DNA from: Octopus vulgaris
Lineage: Eukaryota
Length of the DNA stretch: 64,000 bases
Assembly (NCBI GenBank): GCA_951406725.2
Contig: OX597822.1
Location: 29,140,001-29,204,000, forward strand
Direction: 5' to 3'
This document shows, piece after piece, positions 1 to 13,609 of the stretch. The notes beneath the pieces are model-generated. The model worked only from the letters and a program-made list of their open reading frames with translations. It was not told the DNA's origin and made no database searches. Each line of letters begins with the position of its first letter. Within the stretch, counting starts at the first letter, position 1. A program made the position numbers and the translations under genes.

Positions 1-58
1 ATTATATATTCTAGTTTAGGTTTTATTTCTAAATGTAAATATTTGACTTCTATTTCAG

Positions 59-152
59 CTCTGTTCCTGGAGTTTTTGGTGTTGCCCAAAATCAGCATTT
101 GGATACCATTAAAAGAATGTTGGGGGTGTGTTTACAAGACAAAGCAATTGAT
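59..152 (+). CDS. IPO5: importin-5 coding exon (first in window; gene 5' end is upstream)
   Basis: tttcag|...GAT|gtgagt; translates SVPGVFGVAQNQHLDTIKRMLGVCLQDKAID, resembling the importin-5 PGIFG...LDVIKRML..C.QD segment; 94 nt. Confidence 0.9.
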
Positions 153-391
153 GTGAGTCAAGTTTTTTTTTTTTTTTATAATTTAAAATTTCTTTTATTT
201 TCTTTTGCCAATTTGATTAATCCAAACTTCAATCCTTTTGTTATCATATTTCTGTTAAAATAAACTTTTTTTTTTTCAAATAAAGTTTAAGATAATGAAG
301 AATTTAGTAAAATAATTGTTATTATTAAGCTGGTGTTTGGTTTTACAAACTAACAGGAAATCTTTTATTGGAGTTTTTAATTTAGACCACT

Positions 392-618
392 TTAACCCTT
401 TAGTATTTAAACTGGCCATATCCGGCCAAAATAGTTAATCTGTTTTATGTTCAAACTGACCAGATCCAGGCTCTCACACCTACCCCACAATGTTATTCTA
501 TATTAAGTAATTACACCATCAAGATCTTGAAGATATGAGATAATGCATGATTAATTCAAATCAATGGGAATCAATAAGCATTATGTTTGATAGAATAATC
601 TGAACACTAAAGGGTTAA
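392..618. mobile_element. TTAA-flanked MITE (piggyBac-like ends), 227 bp
   Basis: TTAACCCTTTAG...CTAAAGGGTTAA; same family at 1042-1268 (inverted) and 23325-23551. Confidence 0.8.
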
Positions 619-1041
619 AATAGTAAGTTTGTATTATGGAATCAGAGATGGTCTTGGATGGGTTAGCACCAAAATGTTAAATGACTTGGCACTAAGCCCC
701 TACCAAACCATGGTATGCACTTTAAAAGACATTGTGTCAGTTTGTGATTCAAGAATAGCCCTTTTGTTGTAATGTTTCTGTTGAAATATAATGCCTTTGT
801 TTCAATTAATTATGAAAATAATGAAGAGTTTTGTAAAATAACTTAGCCATTATTCAGGTGGTATTTGGATCATAAATTGAAATAGCATTTAGATAAAAAA
901 ATTTTAATTTAGATCACTGTAAAACTGGAAGTTCATATCTCAGCAGTCTCAGGTGGGTTGGTATCAAAAGGCAGTGTGCTGTCAGTTGGAGTGCATTCAT
1001 CTTTTATAATTAATACCCAATTCAGTCTTCTCAGACTTTTT

Positions 1042-1268
1042 TTAACCCTTTAGCGTTCAGATTATTCAATCAAACATAATGCTTATTGATTCCCATTGGT
1101 TTGAATTAATCATGCATTATCTCATATCTTCAAGAGCTTGATGGTGTAATTACTTAATGTAGAATAACATTGTAGAGTAGGTGTGAGAGCCTGGACCCGG
1201 TAAGTTTGAACATAAAACAGATTAACTATTTTGGCCGGATATGGCCAGTTTAAATATTAAAGGGTTAA
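1042..1268. mobile_element. TTAA MITE, inverted relative to 392-618
   Basis: TTAACCCTTTAG...TAAAGGGTTAA; interior is the reverse complement of 392-618. Confidence 0.8.
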
Positions 1269-1722
1269 ACTATCACCCCCACTTCTTTTACTAGCACTTT
1301 AACAACACCTTCCTTACTACAATTGAAAACTCTTTCTCTCCATTTTAAATATCAGGTTTAGTTTCAAGTAGCAGTCTGCCATGGGTGACTGCTAACCACA
1401 AAACCACGCTCAGTAAATATTTGGTACATCAGTGCTTGATAATTGGCCCTGCCTTTAGCATGTGGCTTTGGCCAAACTAAGACATGTAGTTTTTGTGCTG
1501 TGGTTCATGCATATATCACCATAGTCCCCAGAGCCCATATAAAATTTTTCCATTGCCCTGCAGGGAGCAGTACCAATTACTTTGAGAAGCACTGGTCTTA
1601 ATCATTTGAAGTTTCATTGTTGTATTAACTATCTAAAAAAAATTTCGACACCAAACCCTTTCTCTTTTTTTCTGTTTCTTCACACTTGATTTTTTACTAT
1701 TTACTCATTTGTATTTCATTAG

Positions 1723-1827
1723 GTTCGGTATGAAGCTGTTCACGCTACAACTGCATTTATAATAGCAAATGAAAAACAGTTAAATGTTCTGAACCACTTC
1801 AGAGAACTTCTTCCTGGTATTATAAAT
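1723..1827 (+). CDS. IPO5: importin-5 exon
   Basis: cattag|VRYEAVHATTAFIIANEKQLNVLNHFRELLPGIIN|gtaagt; 105 nt, phase 0/0. Confidence 0.92.
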
Positions 1828-2373
1828 GTAAGTTATTGGTAAATCTTTTAATTTGTCGACTTTCTGATTTCGTTTCAGGAATTTCAATTAAAGAGTAGCA
1901 TTTTTTTTTTCTATGTTAGTTTTCAATCATATATTTAGATTATATACATTATCATTATATATATATATGATGAACTCTGTTGCATATGTGTGTTTGTGTG
2001 TCCTTGTCTTAATATTGTGCACTTATTGTAAAACAAGTGGTATCCATTGTTTTAGTTTTCTATGAGAAATGATCTGGAAATAGGTGGGGTCAATGACAGG
2101 AAAGGCATCTAACTGTAGAAAATCTACAGCTAGATGCCTTTCCTCAATGAATTCTGCATGGAAAAATGGTTGTTAAAAACGTTACTTATTTGTAACGAGT
2201 AAAATTCTGAACGCAAAAAATGTAATACCTTCATTGCCTGAAATTAAACTATATCCACCTGCCAATCAAACAAGTATGTTAACCAAAACAAGAGTGGTTG
2301 GGGTTTGTGTGTCCATGTATATATGTATATGTGTGTATTCAATGAGGGATGTTTTTTTTTTTTTTTTCTATAG

Positions 2374-2499
2374 GGAGTAGCAGAAAGTGTAAATTCCGAC
2401 CATGAGGACTGCCTTGTTAAATGCCTGATTGAACTAGCTGACAATGTACCCAAATTCCTGCGAAGTCATTTAGAATTAATACTGCCATTTTGTATGAAG
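2374..2499 (+). CDS. IPO5: importin-5 exon
   Basis: poly-T ctatag|GVAESVNSDHEDCLVKCLIELADNVPKFLRSHLELILPFCMK|gtaatt; 126 nt. Confidence 0.93.
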
Positions 2500-4853
2500 G
2501 TAATTATTGAAATTTTTCATTATCATTTATTTTATTTACCTTTGTGTATGTTCTTTTCAATTTTGCTTATCCTGATCTAACTTTGTCCTTTTAAGTTTGC
2601 ATGTATATTTTGCTTTCAACTCTGATTTGAAAATTGTGAGATGATAATTATGAAATTAATATTTAGGTTTACCAGTGGTTCAGTTTGATTTCTTGACAAT
2701 ATGGTTTCAGGTTCAATCCCACTCTGTGGCCCCTTGGGTAAAAGCTTTCTACAATAGCTCTGGGCTGACCAAAACCTTGTGAGTTGATTTAATAGATGAA
2801 AAATGAAAGAGATACCTGTTGTGTGTGTGTATGTACGTGTTTGCATGTTGTGTACCCTTGTCAGGGCATGATTGTTACAAGCAAATGTCATCATACTGTC
2901 AAATGCTATCCATTTCTAGGCATCTGAGGAAAATATCTGGAAGAAATATTACCTTGCTTGGCACTAGGTGAGGGTTAGCGACAGGAAAGGACAGATAAAG
3001 GGATTAAGTCGATTACATCAACCTCCAGTACGTAACTGGTACTTATTTAATCGACCCTGAAAGGATGAAAGGCAAAGTCAACCTCGGCAGAATTTGAACT
3101 CAGAACGTAGCAGCAGACGAAATACTGCTAAGCATTTCGCCCAGTATGCTAACATTTCTGCCAGCTCGCCACCTGGCATTTTGCCTGACATGCTAACGAT
3201 TCTGCCAGCTAGCTTATAAATCACAGTTATTGCATTAAATTTTTCATTATTTTCAAAATTAATTGAAACAAAGGACAGTGTTTTACAACAGAAACACGGC
3301 AACGAAAGAGTTAAATAATATTTATAAGATTTGATTTCCCCCCAAAAAGCAAAGAGGAGCAAATAAATGTCATTGTTCAAGCATGATAGGGAAACTAAAT
3401 GTCACAGCTTCAAGTGGGAATGGAGGTGAACAACCGAGAAAACGAAGAAGAAAATGTTTCAGAATTTCTCAGTTGTGTTTGATTTCTTCCATGATTTTAT
3501 TCAGATGATGAATTTTGTTTGTGTGTTAACCCTTCATCATTCAGATTATTCTGTCAAAATGCAATACTTATTTAATTCACTTTGCTTTGAATTAATCATG
3601 CATTATCTTATGGCTGCAAGATATCAATGACATACTCTTTTACTTGTTTCAGTCATTTGAATGTGGCCATGCTGGAGCACTGCCTTTTAGTCGAGCAAAA
3701 TGACCCCAGGACCTATTCTTTGTATGCCTAGTACTTATTCTATCGGTCTCCTTCGCCAAACAGCTAAGTTACAGGGACGTAAACACACCAGCATCGGTTG
3801 TCAAGCGATGTTGGGGGACAAACATACAAACACATACATATACATATACACACACATACATGCGATGCCCCAGCATGGCCACAGCTCATAGCTACTGGAA
3901 AAATCAAAATCAAAATCATATATATATATATATATATATATGACGGGCTTCTCCCAGCCTCTGTCCACTCACAAAGCTTTGGTCAGCCCGAGGCTATAGT
4001 AGAAGACACTTGCCCAAGGTGCTACACAGTGGGACTGAACCTGGAACCATGTGATTCATAAGCAAGCTACTTACCACACAACCACTCCTACGACACAATT
4101 ATTTATTTTTAGAACAACATTGTTGGGTAGGTGTGAAATGTTGGATCTGGCCTGTTTAAACATACAAGAGGCAGGATATTTTGGCCAAATATGGCTGGTT
4201 TAAATGATAAAGTTTTAAGCTTGCTTCCCAGCTATGTGGTCTTGGGTTCAGTCCCACTGTACAGCATCTTGGGCATGTGTCTTCTATCATAGCCTTGTGA
4301 GTGGATTTGGTAGATAGAACCTGAAAGGAGTGTGCGCATGCATGCATGTGTACCCTTGTCTTGACATTGCCTGTTGGTTGTAAGTGAGCATCAGTGTCAT
4401 ACAAGCAATGTTCATTCCCAGTCTTCCATGGAAAACATGTTTGGCCTTAGGGAATATTATCTGTCTTAGGAACAGGTGAGGATTGGCAACAGAAAGGGCC
4501 TCCAGCTGTATAAAAGTTGCCTTAAATTTTGTTTGTCCCATTCAAGTATAATACAGTGGATGTTGAAATGATGAGGATCCAATATTTGAAAAACCATCCT
4601 ACTACTATGCTTCTTTAGGAAAAGAAGCTTAAAGTTGTGTGTGTTTGTTTGTGTAAAAGCAGGTCTGCTATAAACCCAAGGTTGTTTAGGCTTGGTCAGC
4701 CCTCATCTGAAATGTTCTGCTCTGATGTTTTAGTCGGGTATAGAGTATCTAGGATTACATTCCATATTATGAATGATAATATTTTTAGGATGATGAATGA
4801 AAAGCAAAATATATGCTAGAAGTAATTTCTTTCTTGTTTGTTTTGTTACCCAG

Positions 4854-4974
4854 GTAGTATCCAATCGGGAGGCTGACGATCATCGACGGCAACTGTCACT
4901 AGAAGTAATTGTTGCTCTGTCAGAAACAGCTGCTGCTATGGTCCGCAAAAACTGGAAGTACATCCCAAATTTGG
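4854..4974 (+). CDS. IPO5: importin-5 exon
   Basis: cccag|VVSNREADDHRRQLSLEVIVALSETAAAMVRKNWKYIPNL|gtgagt; 121 nt. Confidence 0.95.
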
Positions 4975-6817
4975 GTGAGTTGCATTGTGTTACAGCTCCT
5001 GAATATTGTACATACATCTTGCCACTAAATTGTTCAGAGTTGGTCTGCTGTTTAAATGATTGAAGAGTGAGGTTTCATCACTAGAGCTACACTGGGAATG
5101 CCTTTTGGCTCTAAATGATCCCCCCCCCCCCCCATATTACTTTAAATCGGGGCCATGAGATAGTAGCAATGTTATAATATAACTGAGAGTGTTGAGTTCA
5201 AATCCATTCATTAACAAAACCTGTGATAAAAGTGGTTGTCATAGTATCATATCCAGAGTAGACGAACATCTCAATTGTTTCCAACATCCAATATCCAGAG
5301 CTTCATCACTACTGAAAGAGGAACTCCCCTCTCTGGCCTCCTTCCACTGTTGACTGTCTCTGGCCACCTGTATCCATGTAGCCATTGTTTAATACTTTAA
5401 AATCAGTAGTATGTGGAACTTAGCAGGAAGGGTACATTAGCACAGGGAAAAAAGAAGAAGAAAAACGGTGAGGGGGGGGGCATTGATAAGGTTAGAAGCT
5501 GCAGTAAAAGAATTCTGATAAACCAACTGGAAGATTGCTCAGAAAATTGATGAGTTAATAAACTCATAGTCATATAAAGAAGTGAAATGCAATTATTGCA
5601 CTTTATTATTTGAAAAATGAACCTCTCAAAGTGCAGCAACATTTGTTTTTAGCACGATTGATTTCGCATCAGTAATCATGCTAAGCAAATACAAAAAGGA
5701 TGTGTGTATAGACATGTGGACAGTTTATTTTTTCATATGTGTAATGTTTGTCCCCTTGTCCCGACACTCTCCTTTCTTGACATAACAAAATAGCTGTAAG
5801 CAAGTGTTTTTGCCATGCAATTGGACCATCAATATCATTTAACATCCATTTTCCATGCTAGCATGGGTTGTATGGTTCGACCGGGGTCTGGTAAACCATG
5901 GATACTGTACCAGGCTCCAGTCTGATTTGGCAGTGTTTCTACAGCTGGATGCCCTTCCTAACGCCAACCACTCTGTGAGTGTAGTGCGTGTTTTTTACAT
6001 GCCACCGGCACAGGGGCCAGAGCAGGCTGGCAAATGGCAGGCTGCCACATTCGGACGGCGCTTTTTACGTGTCACCGGCACGGGTGTCTTGAAAACATGT
6101 CTGGCCGTGAAGAAATATTACCTTGCTTGAAAACTGATGTGGGTTGGCAACAGGAAGGGTAAATTCCATTTGATCCATGCAAGCATGGGAAAGTGAATCT
6201 CCTAATATAATAATGAGCGTAGTGTTTCTATATATTTGTGTGTGTATATATATATGTATATATATATATTTGTCCAAAATCACAGAGTAGGAGAAAGAGT
6301 AGTATAAGTAAAGGGGGGAAGAGAGAAAGTACTAATTCAGTGAAGAAGTAGTGAGAGTAATAGCCCTGACTGAGAGAGAGTGAGAGAAAGTAATAGCAAC
6401 AAGAGAAAAGAAGTGGCAAAGAGCGCATCTTGTATCTTCTGTTTTTCTCTGTCACAATATATGAATGAAAAGGAAGGGGTGACAAAAAATCAGTGTTTCA
6501 ACTCTGTGTGAGTATGTGTATGAATGTAGAAGGGAGGTATGTGTATGTGCAATGGAAATGGGATGGTGGACGTTCAATGCTGAAAAGAAAACTCAAACAG
6601 CATTTCAACTCTGAGTAGATATATGTGTGTGCATGTTCAAGGGAAGTGTGTGAATGTTTGTGTCTGATTATTATGTATCTTATTTATACACAAAATACTA
6701 CAATTGGCTGCCATTTTTGACGGCACAGTGTTAAAGTAATGATGATGTGGTGCTTACATATATTTTGATCTGTTTTAATTGTGGCTTTTTAAAAAAAAAA
6801 TTTTCATTTTTACTCAG

Positions 6818-6905
6818 TTCCTGAAACGCTTGCACTTATGGTAGACCTTGAAGAGGATCCTGATTGGGCTCAAAAAGATGAAGCTGATGATGATGACATA
6901 GAAAG
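6818..6905 (+). CDS. IPO5: importin-5 exon (acidic loop)
   Basis: actcag|VPETLALMVDLEEDPDWAQKDEADDDDIE|gtacta; 88 nt, phase matches neighbours. Confidence 0.93.
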
Positions 6906-7145
6906 GTACTATACCACTTAGATATAAATACCATTTGAAATTTTAATTTGCTGTGAGAATATCAGTATTTGAACATTTTGATTTCATAAGTGAAATATCT
7001 GATATTCTCTTTGGTAAATTATGATGGAAGATTTAAAAATTATTTTGAGCATCTTAAGAACTGGATGTCTTGCATTATTGAGTGATTTCGGTGGGGTTTT
7101 CATTAGAAACCAGGAGTGATTTCAGTCAGTTTTCATTAGATACAG

Positions 7146-7778
7146 TTAACCCTTTGCCTGTCATATAATACGCATGATTCACATAACATATTTCCACAAT
7201 GTCCATGCATCATAGATGATATGCATTTCCAATTTTTGCCAACCACCAAAGTAACTTGGGACTTATATTACCCAAAAAGTATGAAACAAAAAGGGTTAGC
7301 TAAATGTCTGAAAAAAAGTATGAGGGCAAACTGATGAAAATATTTTGGATAGGCGCAAGAGTGGCTGTATGGTAAGTAGCTTGCTTACCAACCACATGGT
7401 TCCGGGTTCATTCCCACTGCGTGGCACCATGGGCAAGTGTCTTCTACTATAGCCTCATGGCCGACCAAAGCTTTGTGAGTGGATTTGGTAGACGGAAACT
7501 GGAAGAAGCTCGTTGTATGTATGTATATACATATATATATATATATGTGTGTGTGTGTGCATATGTTTGTATGTCTGTTTGTCCCCCCACCATTGCTTGA
7601 CATCCGATGGTGGTGTGTTTACGTCCTCCGTAACTTAGCGGTTCAGCAAAAGAGACTGATAGAATAAGTACTAGGCTTACAAAGAATAAGTCCTGGGGTC
7701 GATTTACTCGGCTAAAGGCGGTGCTCCAGCATGGCCACAGTCAAATGACTGAAACAAGTAAAAGAGGCAAAGGGTTAA
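7146..7778. mobile_element. TTAA MITE with a nested SINE
   Basis: TTAACCCTTTGCC (7146-7158) and GGCAAAGGGTTAA (7766-7778) enclose the SINE at 7352-7765. Confidence 0.6.
7352..7765 (+). mobile_element. tRNA-head SINE with CORE-like segment and internal (TA)n(TG)n (family B)
   Basis: Head GGCGCAAGAGTGGCTGTATGGTAAG, GGGTTCA box B, GGGCAAGTGTC segment, tail GACTGAAACAAGTAAAAGAG. Other copies at about 3635-4090(-), 15345-15710(-), 26410-26785(+), 32680-33066(+), 42727-43100(+), 46141-46476(+), 61800-62190(-), 62585-62930(-). Confidence 0.8.
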
Positions 7779-7929
7779 TTGTAGTGCTCTAATGTATTTA
7801 GAAGACACATTGATGACACATTTCAAAGAGCCACATTCTGTTCACAAGCTGCCCTAAGACCTTATGTATTATGTGCATTCAGTTACCTTTATATCAATGT
7901 CTTCTAATTTGTCCTTTCTTTCTCTCCAG

Positions 7930-8036
7930 TAATGCCATAGTCGGTGAGAATGCACTGGATCGTCTTGCCTGTGCTTTGGGAGGCAAAACTATTTTGCCTC
8001 CCATTGTATCTCATATACCTCAGATGTTGACCAATG
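7930..8036 (+). CDS. IPO5: importin-5 exon
   Basis: ctccag|[36 protein letters not shown]|gtaaat; 107 nt. Confidence 0.95.
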
Positions 8037-9189
8037 GTAAATATTAAAACCCTTTTTCCTACTCTATTACTCCCTTGTCTTCCCACACCCTTTTTCTTTT
8101 TTCTTTTTCTTTTTTTTTTTAAAATATTTTCCTAATATTGACACCCACCCCTTTTTGCTTTTTTTTTTTGTCTCACAATGGCTGTGTAATCAAGCGCCAC
8201 ATGATCTGAGACAAGATAATATAGTTTAAACTATTTAGTTTATCTCAATCTCACCTGAGTCAACTTTGACTTCTGAACTTATCTAATTGGGCCCATTAAA
8301 ATGGGGACAAGTTGACTTGAATGGACACGCACAACTAGAAATATAGCTGCCACTCAGTAGCAAGTATCATTTTGTAGCATGTTCCATGTTTTTGTTAATT
8401 GTTTTAGCTGCCTGTGCAGTTGTGATCAGGTATTGACACCCTCCTGGCCCTACCAACTTTAACTCAGCAGGACATCTATGATGTGACAGCTGGAAGAAGG
8501 GCTGCATTCCAACTCATCCACTTGAGTTGATTTGGAGTTTGAAGTGTCTTGCTTTTGGACACACTGTGCTGTCCAGTTCAGGTACTAAACTCATGGCTTT
8601 AAATATACATGCCCAACACTACCAGTCTGTAAGCCCCACCCCCCTCTGATTAAATTGTAAAAAAAAAACCCCAAAAAACAAAAACAAAAAAAACACCCTT
8701 TTGTTGAATTTCAGAAATGTTTTTTTTTTTAGACAAAGCTATTTTAAACAACCAAAACCTCGATTTGATTTTCTAAAATTAATAAAAAACCCAAGTATGA
8801 AGCTCATTAGCTCCTAGCTACAGTTGGTTCTATGTTCTTTGTTTTTTCTTTCATACATTTATTATAGATTTTATGGTCTAAGAGCAGTACTTACCAAAAT
8901 GAAGCTACCATAATTTTTTGAGAACACTGCTATCTCATATATTTTATCCTTTCTTTTTCATTTTTTCACTAGTATAATTGTTGCAATGAAAATGGTACTC
9001 TCCTTCCCACATGACAAAGTGGTATGAATGAGTTAGCCACTATGTCACAGGAAGTCAGTAGTAGTTTAGTCATTGTATGACTTCTCAGTTGGAATCAGTG
9101 TCTGTCAGTTACGTGTTGTATACAAGTTCAAGTTACCATCAAGGTAGATGTTTCAAAGTCATTGTCTTGCGGAGCTATCAGCGATAGCA

Positions 9190-9266
9190 CGATAGATGAG
9201 TCAAAGATGTGGTAGAAGAAGCTGACTCAACCCGCCCAGGGTGAATGTCGCCACAAGTACAAGTAG
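9190..9266 (+). mobile_element. very short 5'-truncated RTE-like insertion
   Basis: Shares GAAGC...TCAACCC.CCC.GGTGAATG with 26029-26058; TSD TATCAGCGATAGCA at 9176-9189 and 9267-9280. Confidence 0.65.
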
Positions 9267-9459
9267 TATCAGCGATAGCATGGCGACAAGATTATTTCAG
9301 TGCCAACAATAACATACAAGTGAACAAGGATCCACATTGTAACAATAATGCTATCCTAACCCAATATTGACCATGATATTTTTGTATTAAATTTTTTACA
9401 TTATGCATGAGTGAAAATGATTTGTATTTACTAATTATAATAAATTTATTCTTCCACAG

Positions 9460-9584
9460 CTGATTGGCGTTGCCGACATGCCGCATTAATGGCCATTTCT
9501 GCTTGTGGTGAAGGCTGCCATACCCAAATGGAGCAAATGCTAGCCAATATTGTTGAAACTGTGTTACCTTATCTGAAAGATCCG
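9460..9584 (+). CDS. IPO5: importin-5 exon
   Basis: ccacag|[41 protein letters not shown]|gtaaga; 125 nt; HEAT-repeat motif W..RHA.LMA.SA.GEGC. Confidence 0.96.
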
Positions 9585-11529
9585 GTAAGATCTATTTTTG
9601 TTAGTTGCAGGTTAATTTAATGCCCATAGCTGTCATGTTGATGAGTGTGTGATGGATGGATTGTAGCCATAAGTGTGTTTTATATTATCAGGATATTGTG
9701 GTCAAGGTGTTGATGAAGTTTAGTAAACATGGAAAGGCTGTGTGTTGGTAAATTCATTGGCCATAGAAATAGATGACAGAAGAAATATCATAGTTAACAT
9801 AACTTTTATTTATTGTTATGAGACTAACAACTACTTTGAGTTGTTAATACATAAAGGCTGGTTGTTGTTCTGTTGTCTCTCATATAGATATCTCTGGTCA
9901 TTGTAGTCCACTATTAGGTGGCTGATGAAAAAGGAGAGAAAAGAGAGTTTACCTCTCTGAAAGTTATTGAGAAGGTAGGAGGGATATGTTAGTTCTGTGA
10001 CAGCCACTGAGTAAAGAGAGAGTGAGATATCTTGACTCTCTGAAAGAGCTGGTGAAAGGAAGCAGGTGTGTTACCCCTTCTGTAAGTGCCAGGTCAGTAC
10101 GAGAGAGAGAATTTTGTTTAGTGTTCCATATTTATAACAGACCCATTGCTAAACTAAGTCACTATAAGAAAGGGTATTTCACCATCATCATCATTGGTTA
10201 ACGTCCGTTTTCCATGCTAGCATGGGTTGGACGGTTCGACCAGGGTCTGGGAAGTCAGGAGGCTGCACTAGGCCCAGTCTGATCTGGCAGTGTTTCTACA
10301 GCTGGATGCCCTTCCTAACACCGACTACTCTGTGAGTGTAATGGGTGCTTTTTACGTGCCACCGGCACTAATTGAACTAAACGTAACCCAAGATGTTAAC
10401 AGTTTACAGCTGACTCTCATAAAACTCCGACTGCAAATTCAGAGAACAAAGGAAAGAAGCTTGCTGGAATATTCAGGCTGAGGTTTCAATTCCTGGTTAA
10501 GAATCCAGGATCTAATTACTTCAAAGTGCATATAAACATGGTAACATGTTGAAGCTCTGAAGAATAGAGTTGTGTGATTTGGTGGTGCTGGGTGCCATGC
10601 TATCAAAGATAATGTGTTAATGTGTTGACAAACATTAATCTAAAGGGTTAACCTGTGTTTCACTTTCTTCTTATTAATATTTTCATTGTTATTATGAAGG
10701 CAGTAGATTGGCACAATCTTCATAGTATCAGACAAAGCCTTGTGATATTTAGCTGTGGCGGGTTCAGATCCTGCCAAAATCAACTTTGCCTTTCGTCCTT
10801 CTAGGGTTGATTACATAATGTACCAGTCACATATGGGGTCAAGATTGTAGTGAGACCAATTTCCATTATGGCATATTGAATATTATCAGCCTTTTATAGA
10901 CTCAGCATGCTAATCTGTAATTTACCCAAGGCTGTGGAGACAGAGTCGGAAACAATTAAGGGATAGCTGGAGTTGGAGTCAGTAAAACTATATCGACTCT
11001 GACTCACAATATCTATATTTTTTACTATAACATATAAGTTATAACATAAAAAGCCTACCCAATGTACAAGCATATGCATATGCTTTATGAGATATGTAGA
11101 CCACAATCACTTCATTACGTAAAGAGGAATTGGAGTGGAAGTTCTTTGTTTCAACTCCGCAGCCCAGGATTTACCTATCATGTGAGTTTTGAACATTGGT
11201 TTAAGCTTGTGTTGTGATTGGTTGAGTATTGTGTAGGATTTGGATTGAAGGGCCAATCAAGTTGTACATAATACATTCTCAAACAACTAATCTGTCTGTG
11301 CTCTGGAGCCTACCTTTTCCCATAAATTGGTACAACAAATTATCTATGGGTAGAAGGGTTGAGAGTTTTTCATCAAGGTGAGTTACCAAAAATTTCTAGT
11401 CTTGTGTCTATGTAGAAAATTAACTATTTCTATATTTGTTATTATTTGGAGGGTGATGGTTGTATGCAGCAAAGTTGTTAGAGTATCAGAAGAAATGCCT
11501 CGTGGTATTTCTTCTGGATAAAGAAGATA

Positions 11530-11762
11530 AAGGTGGCAAGCTGGCAGAAACGTTAGCACGCTGGGCAAAATGCCTAGCAATATTTCGTCTGCCGTTACGT
11601 TCTAAGTTCAAATTCCGCCAAGGTTGACTTTGCCTTTCATCCTTTCGGGGTCGATTAAATAAGAACCAGTTACGCAGTGGAGTTGATATAATCGACTTTA
11701 TCTGTTTGTCTGTCCTTGTTTGTCACCTCTGTGTTTAGCCCCTTGTGGGTAGTAAAGAAATA
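11530..11762 (+). mobile_element. tRNA-head SINE with Deu/Nin-like central domain (family A)
   Basis: Head AAGGYGGCRAGCTGGCAGAAACGTTAG, box-B-like GTTCAAATT, core GCCTTTCATCCTTTCGGGGTCGAT; 20-bp TSD GGTATTTCTTCTGGATAAAG (11504-11523 / 11763-11782). Other copies at about 2990-3172(-), 16463-16695(+), 17860-17990(-), 22065-22198(+), 47801-48035(+), 63330-63555(+). Confidence 0.85.
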
Positions 11763-12012
11763 GGTATTTCTTCTGGATAAAGGGAGTAATGCACATCACT
11801 CATAACTGTATGAGTGCTGTATTACCAAAGAGTGTTTCATTTAAGTACATCACTGAACTTAATGAATATGGAGAAAGTTGTAGGGAAATCATTTCAGACT
11901 AGCATTTGTTAATCCATGATATGAAGATATTATGTAAGTGACCTGGTAACCTCGTGATTTTCAGATATTAAGTTTGTCTCAGGGTTATTTAAGTTACCTT
12001 TAGTATAAATGT

Positions 12013-12395
12013 GGAGGTGCAATTGCCCAGTGGTTAGGGCAGCGGACTCGCGGTCGTAGGATCGCGGTTTCGATTCCCAGACCGGGCGTTGTGAGTGTTT
12101 ATTGAGTGAAAACACCTAAAGCTCCACGAGGCTCCGGCAGGGGATGGTGGTGATCCCTGCTGTACTCTTTCACCACAACTTTCTCTCACTCTTACTTCCT
12201 GTTTCTGTTGTACCTATATTTCAAAGGGCCGGCCTTGTCACTCTCTTGTGTCACGCTGAATATCCCCGAGAACTACGTTAAGGGTACACGTGTCTGTGGA
12301 GTGCTCAGCCACTTACACATTAATTTCACGAGCAGGCTGTTCCGTTGATCGGATCAACTGGAACCCTCGTCGTCGTAACCGATGGAGTGCTTCCA
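12013..12395 (+). mobile_element. tRNA-head SINE (family C, tail type 1)
   Basis: Head GGAGGTGCAATTGCCCAGTGGTTAGGGCAGCGGACTCGCGG...GGTTTCGATTCCC; 13-bp TSD TAGTATAAATGTG (12001-12013 / 12396-12408). Confidence 0.85.
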
Positions 12396-12505
12396 TAGTA
12401 TAAATGTGTATTTGTTTTCACAGTTTTATATCATAGGTTATTGATGTGTATTATTTTAGTGTGAAATCATTATAAATCTTGTGTGTTACTTTTCCTCTCT
12501 TGCAG

Positions 12506-12595
12506 CATCCACGAGTACGTTATGCTACATGCAATGCACTTGGTCAGCTCTCTACTGATTTTGGTCCATGTTTTCAAAAGAAATTTCATGATAAG
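12506..12595 (+). CDS. IPO5: importin-5 exon
   Basis: ttgcag|[30 protein letters not shown]|gtaacg; 90 nt. Confidence 0.96.
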
Positions 12596-13609
12596 GTAAC
12601 GACACTTCCCTCTTCTACTTCTTCTGCTGTCCCTGTTTATCTCTCAAAGGAAATTATCTCTTCATTTTACTGTATGTCTCAATATCCTCATCAGTATTCA
12701 GCTGTAGCAGGCTGGCAGTTGGTTATTATGATTTATTTATTGATTTTTATCAGTTTGTTTTATATATACATATATATAGATAGATATAATGTGTCTCCTT
12801 GTCTTGACATCACATGACAGTTATAAGCGAACATGACTGTTGTGCAAGCAGTGCCTCACTCCAAGTCTTCAGTGAAAACATGTCCAGCCATGGGGGAAAT
12901 GATTAACTTGCTTGGAAGCCAGTGAGGATTGGTGGTAGAATTGACATCCAGCTGTAGAAAATCTTCCTCCGTGAGTAAATTCCATCTGATCTATGCCAGC
13001 ATAGTAAAGTGGCCATCAAACTGGTGACGATGAACACCAAATTAATAAGTATGATAGCAAATCTGTTTTAGTCCACTTCGCTGAGTGGTTGGTATTAAGA
13101 AAGACATCCAGCCGTAAGAACCCTGCTAAAGTAGACACAGTAGCCTGGCTGGCTCCTGTCAACCATCCTACCCATGCATGCATAGCAGACAGATGTTAAA
13201 CAATGAATGAATGATGAAGGAGCTTGTGAACAACAGAGCTTTTCTGGCCATTGTTCAAAGGTGGAAAATGAAGTGGTTGGTCTTCTAATGTGACACAAAG
13301 ACATCCCACCCCTTGTGACTATTAGCTTGCATGGAGAAGATCTCAGTAAAAGGGTAGAAATACCACAAAGGAACTGATGTGCAACATCAAGAAATAGACA
13401 GGGAGGAAGGTGGTGAGAAACTTGGCTGATGATTAGAAGAGATAGAGGATGGAGTTTGCCTCTCTGGCTGTGTGCCTACAGCTTCCCAATGTTATGGATT
13501 TTGATTTTGTTCACCTATCCTTGGTTCTACGAGGCAATCAGTTGTACTCAGTGTTTTGATTGGCATGGTCATTTCAAAAGCAGAAGAATCTCCTTGGAAA
13601 TGTGGTATT

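Noticed and set aside
12013-12090. tRNA gene
   Set aside because: A/B boxes are present but there is no complete cloverleaf; it continues into a SINE body flanked by a TSD.
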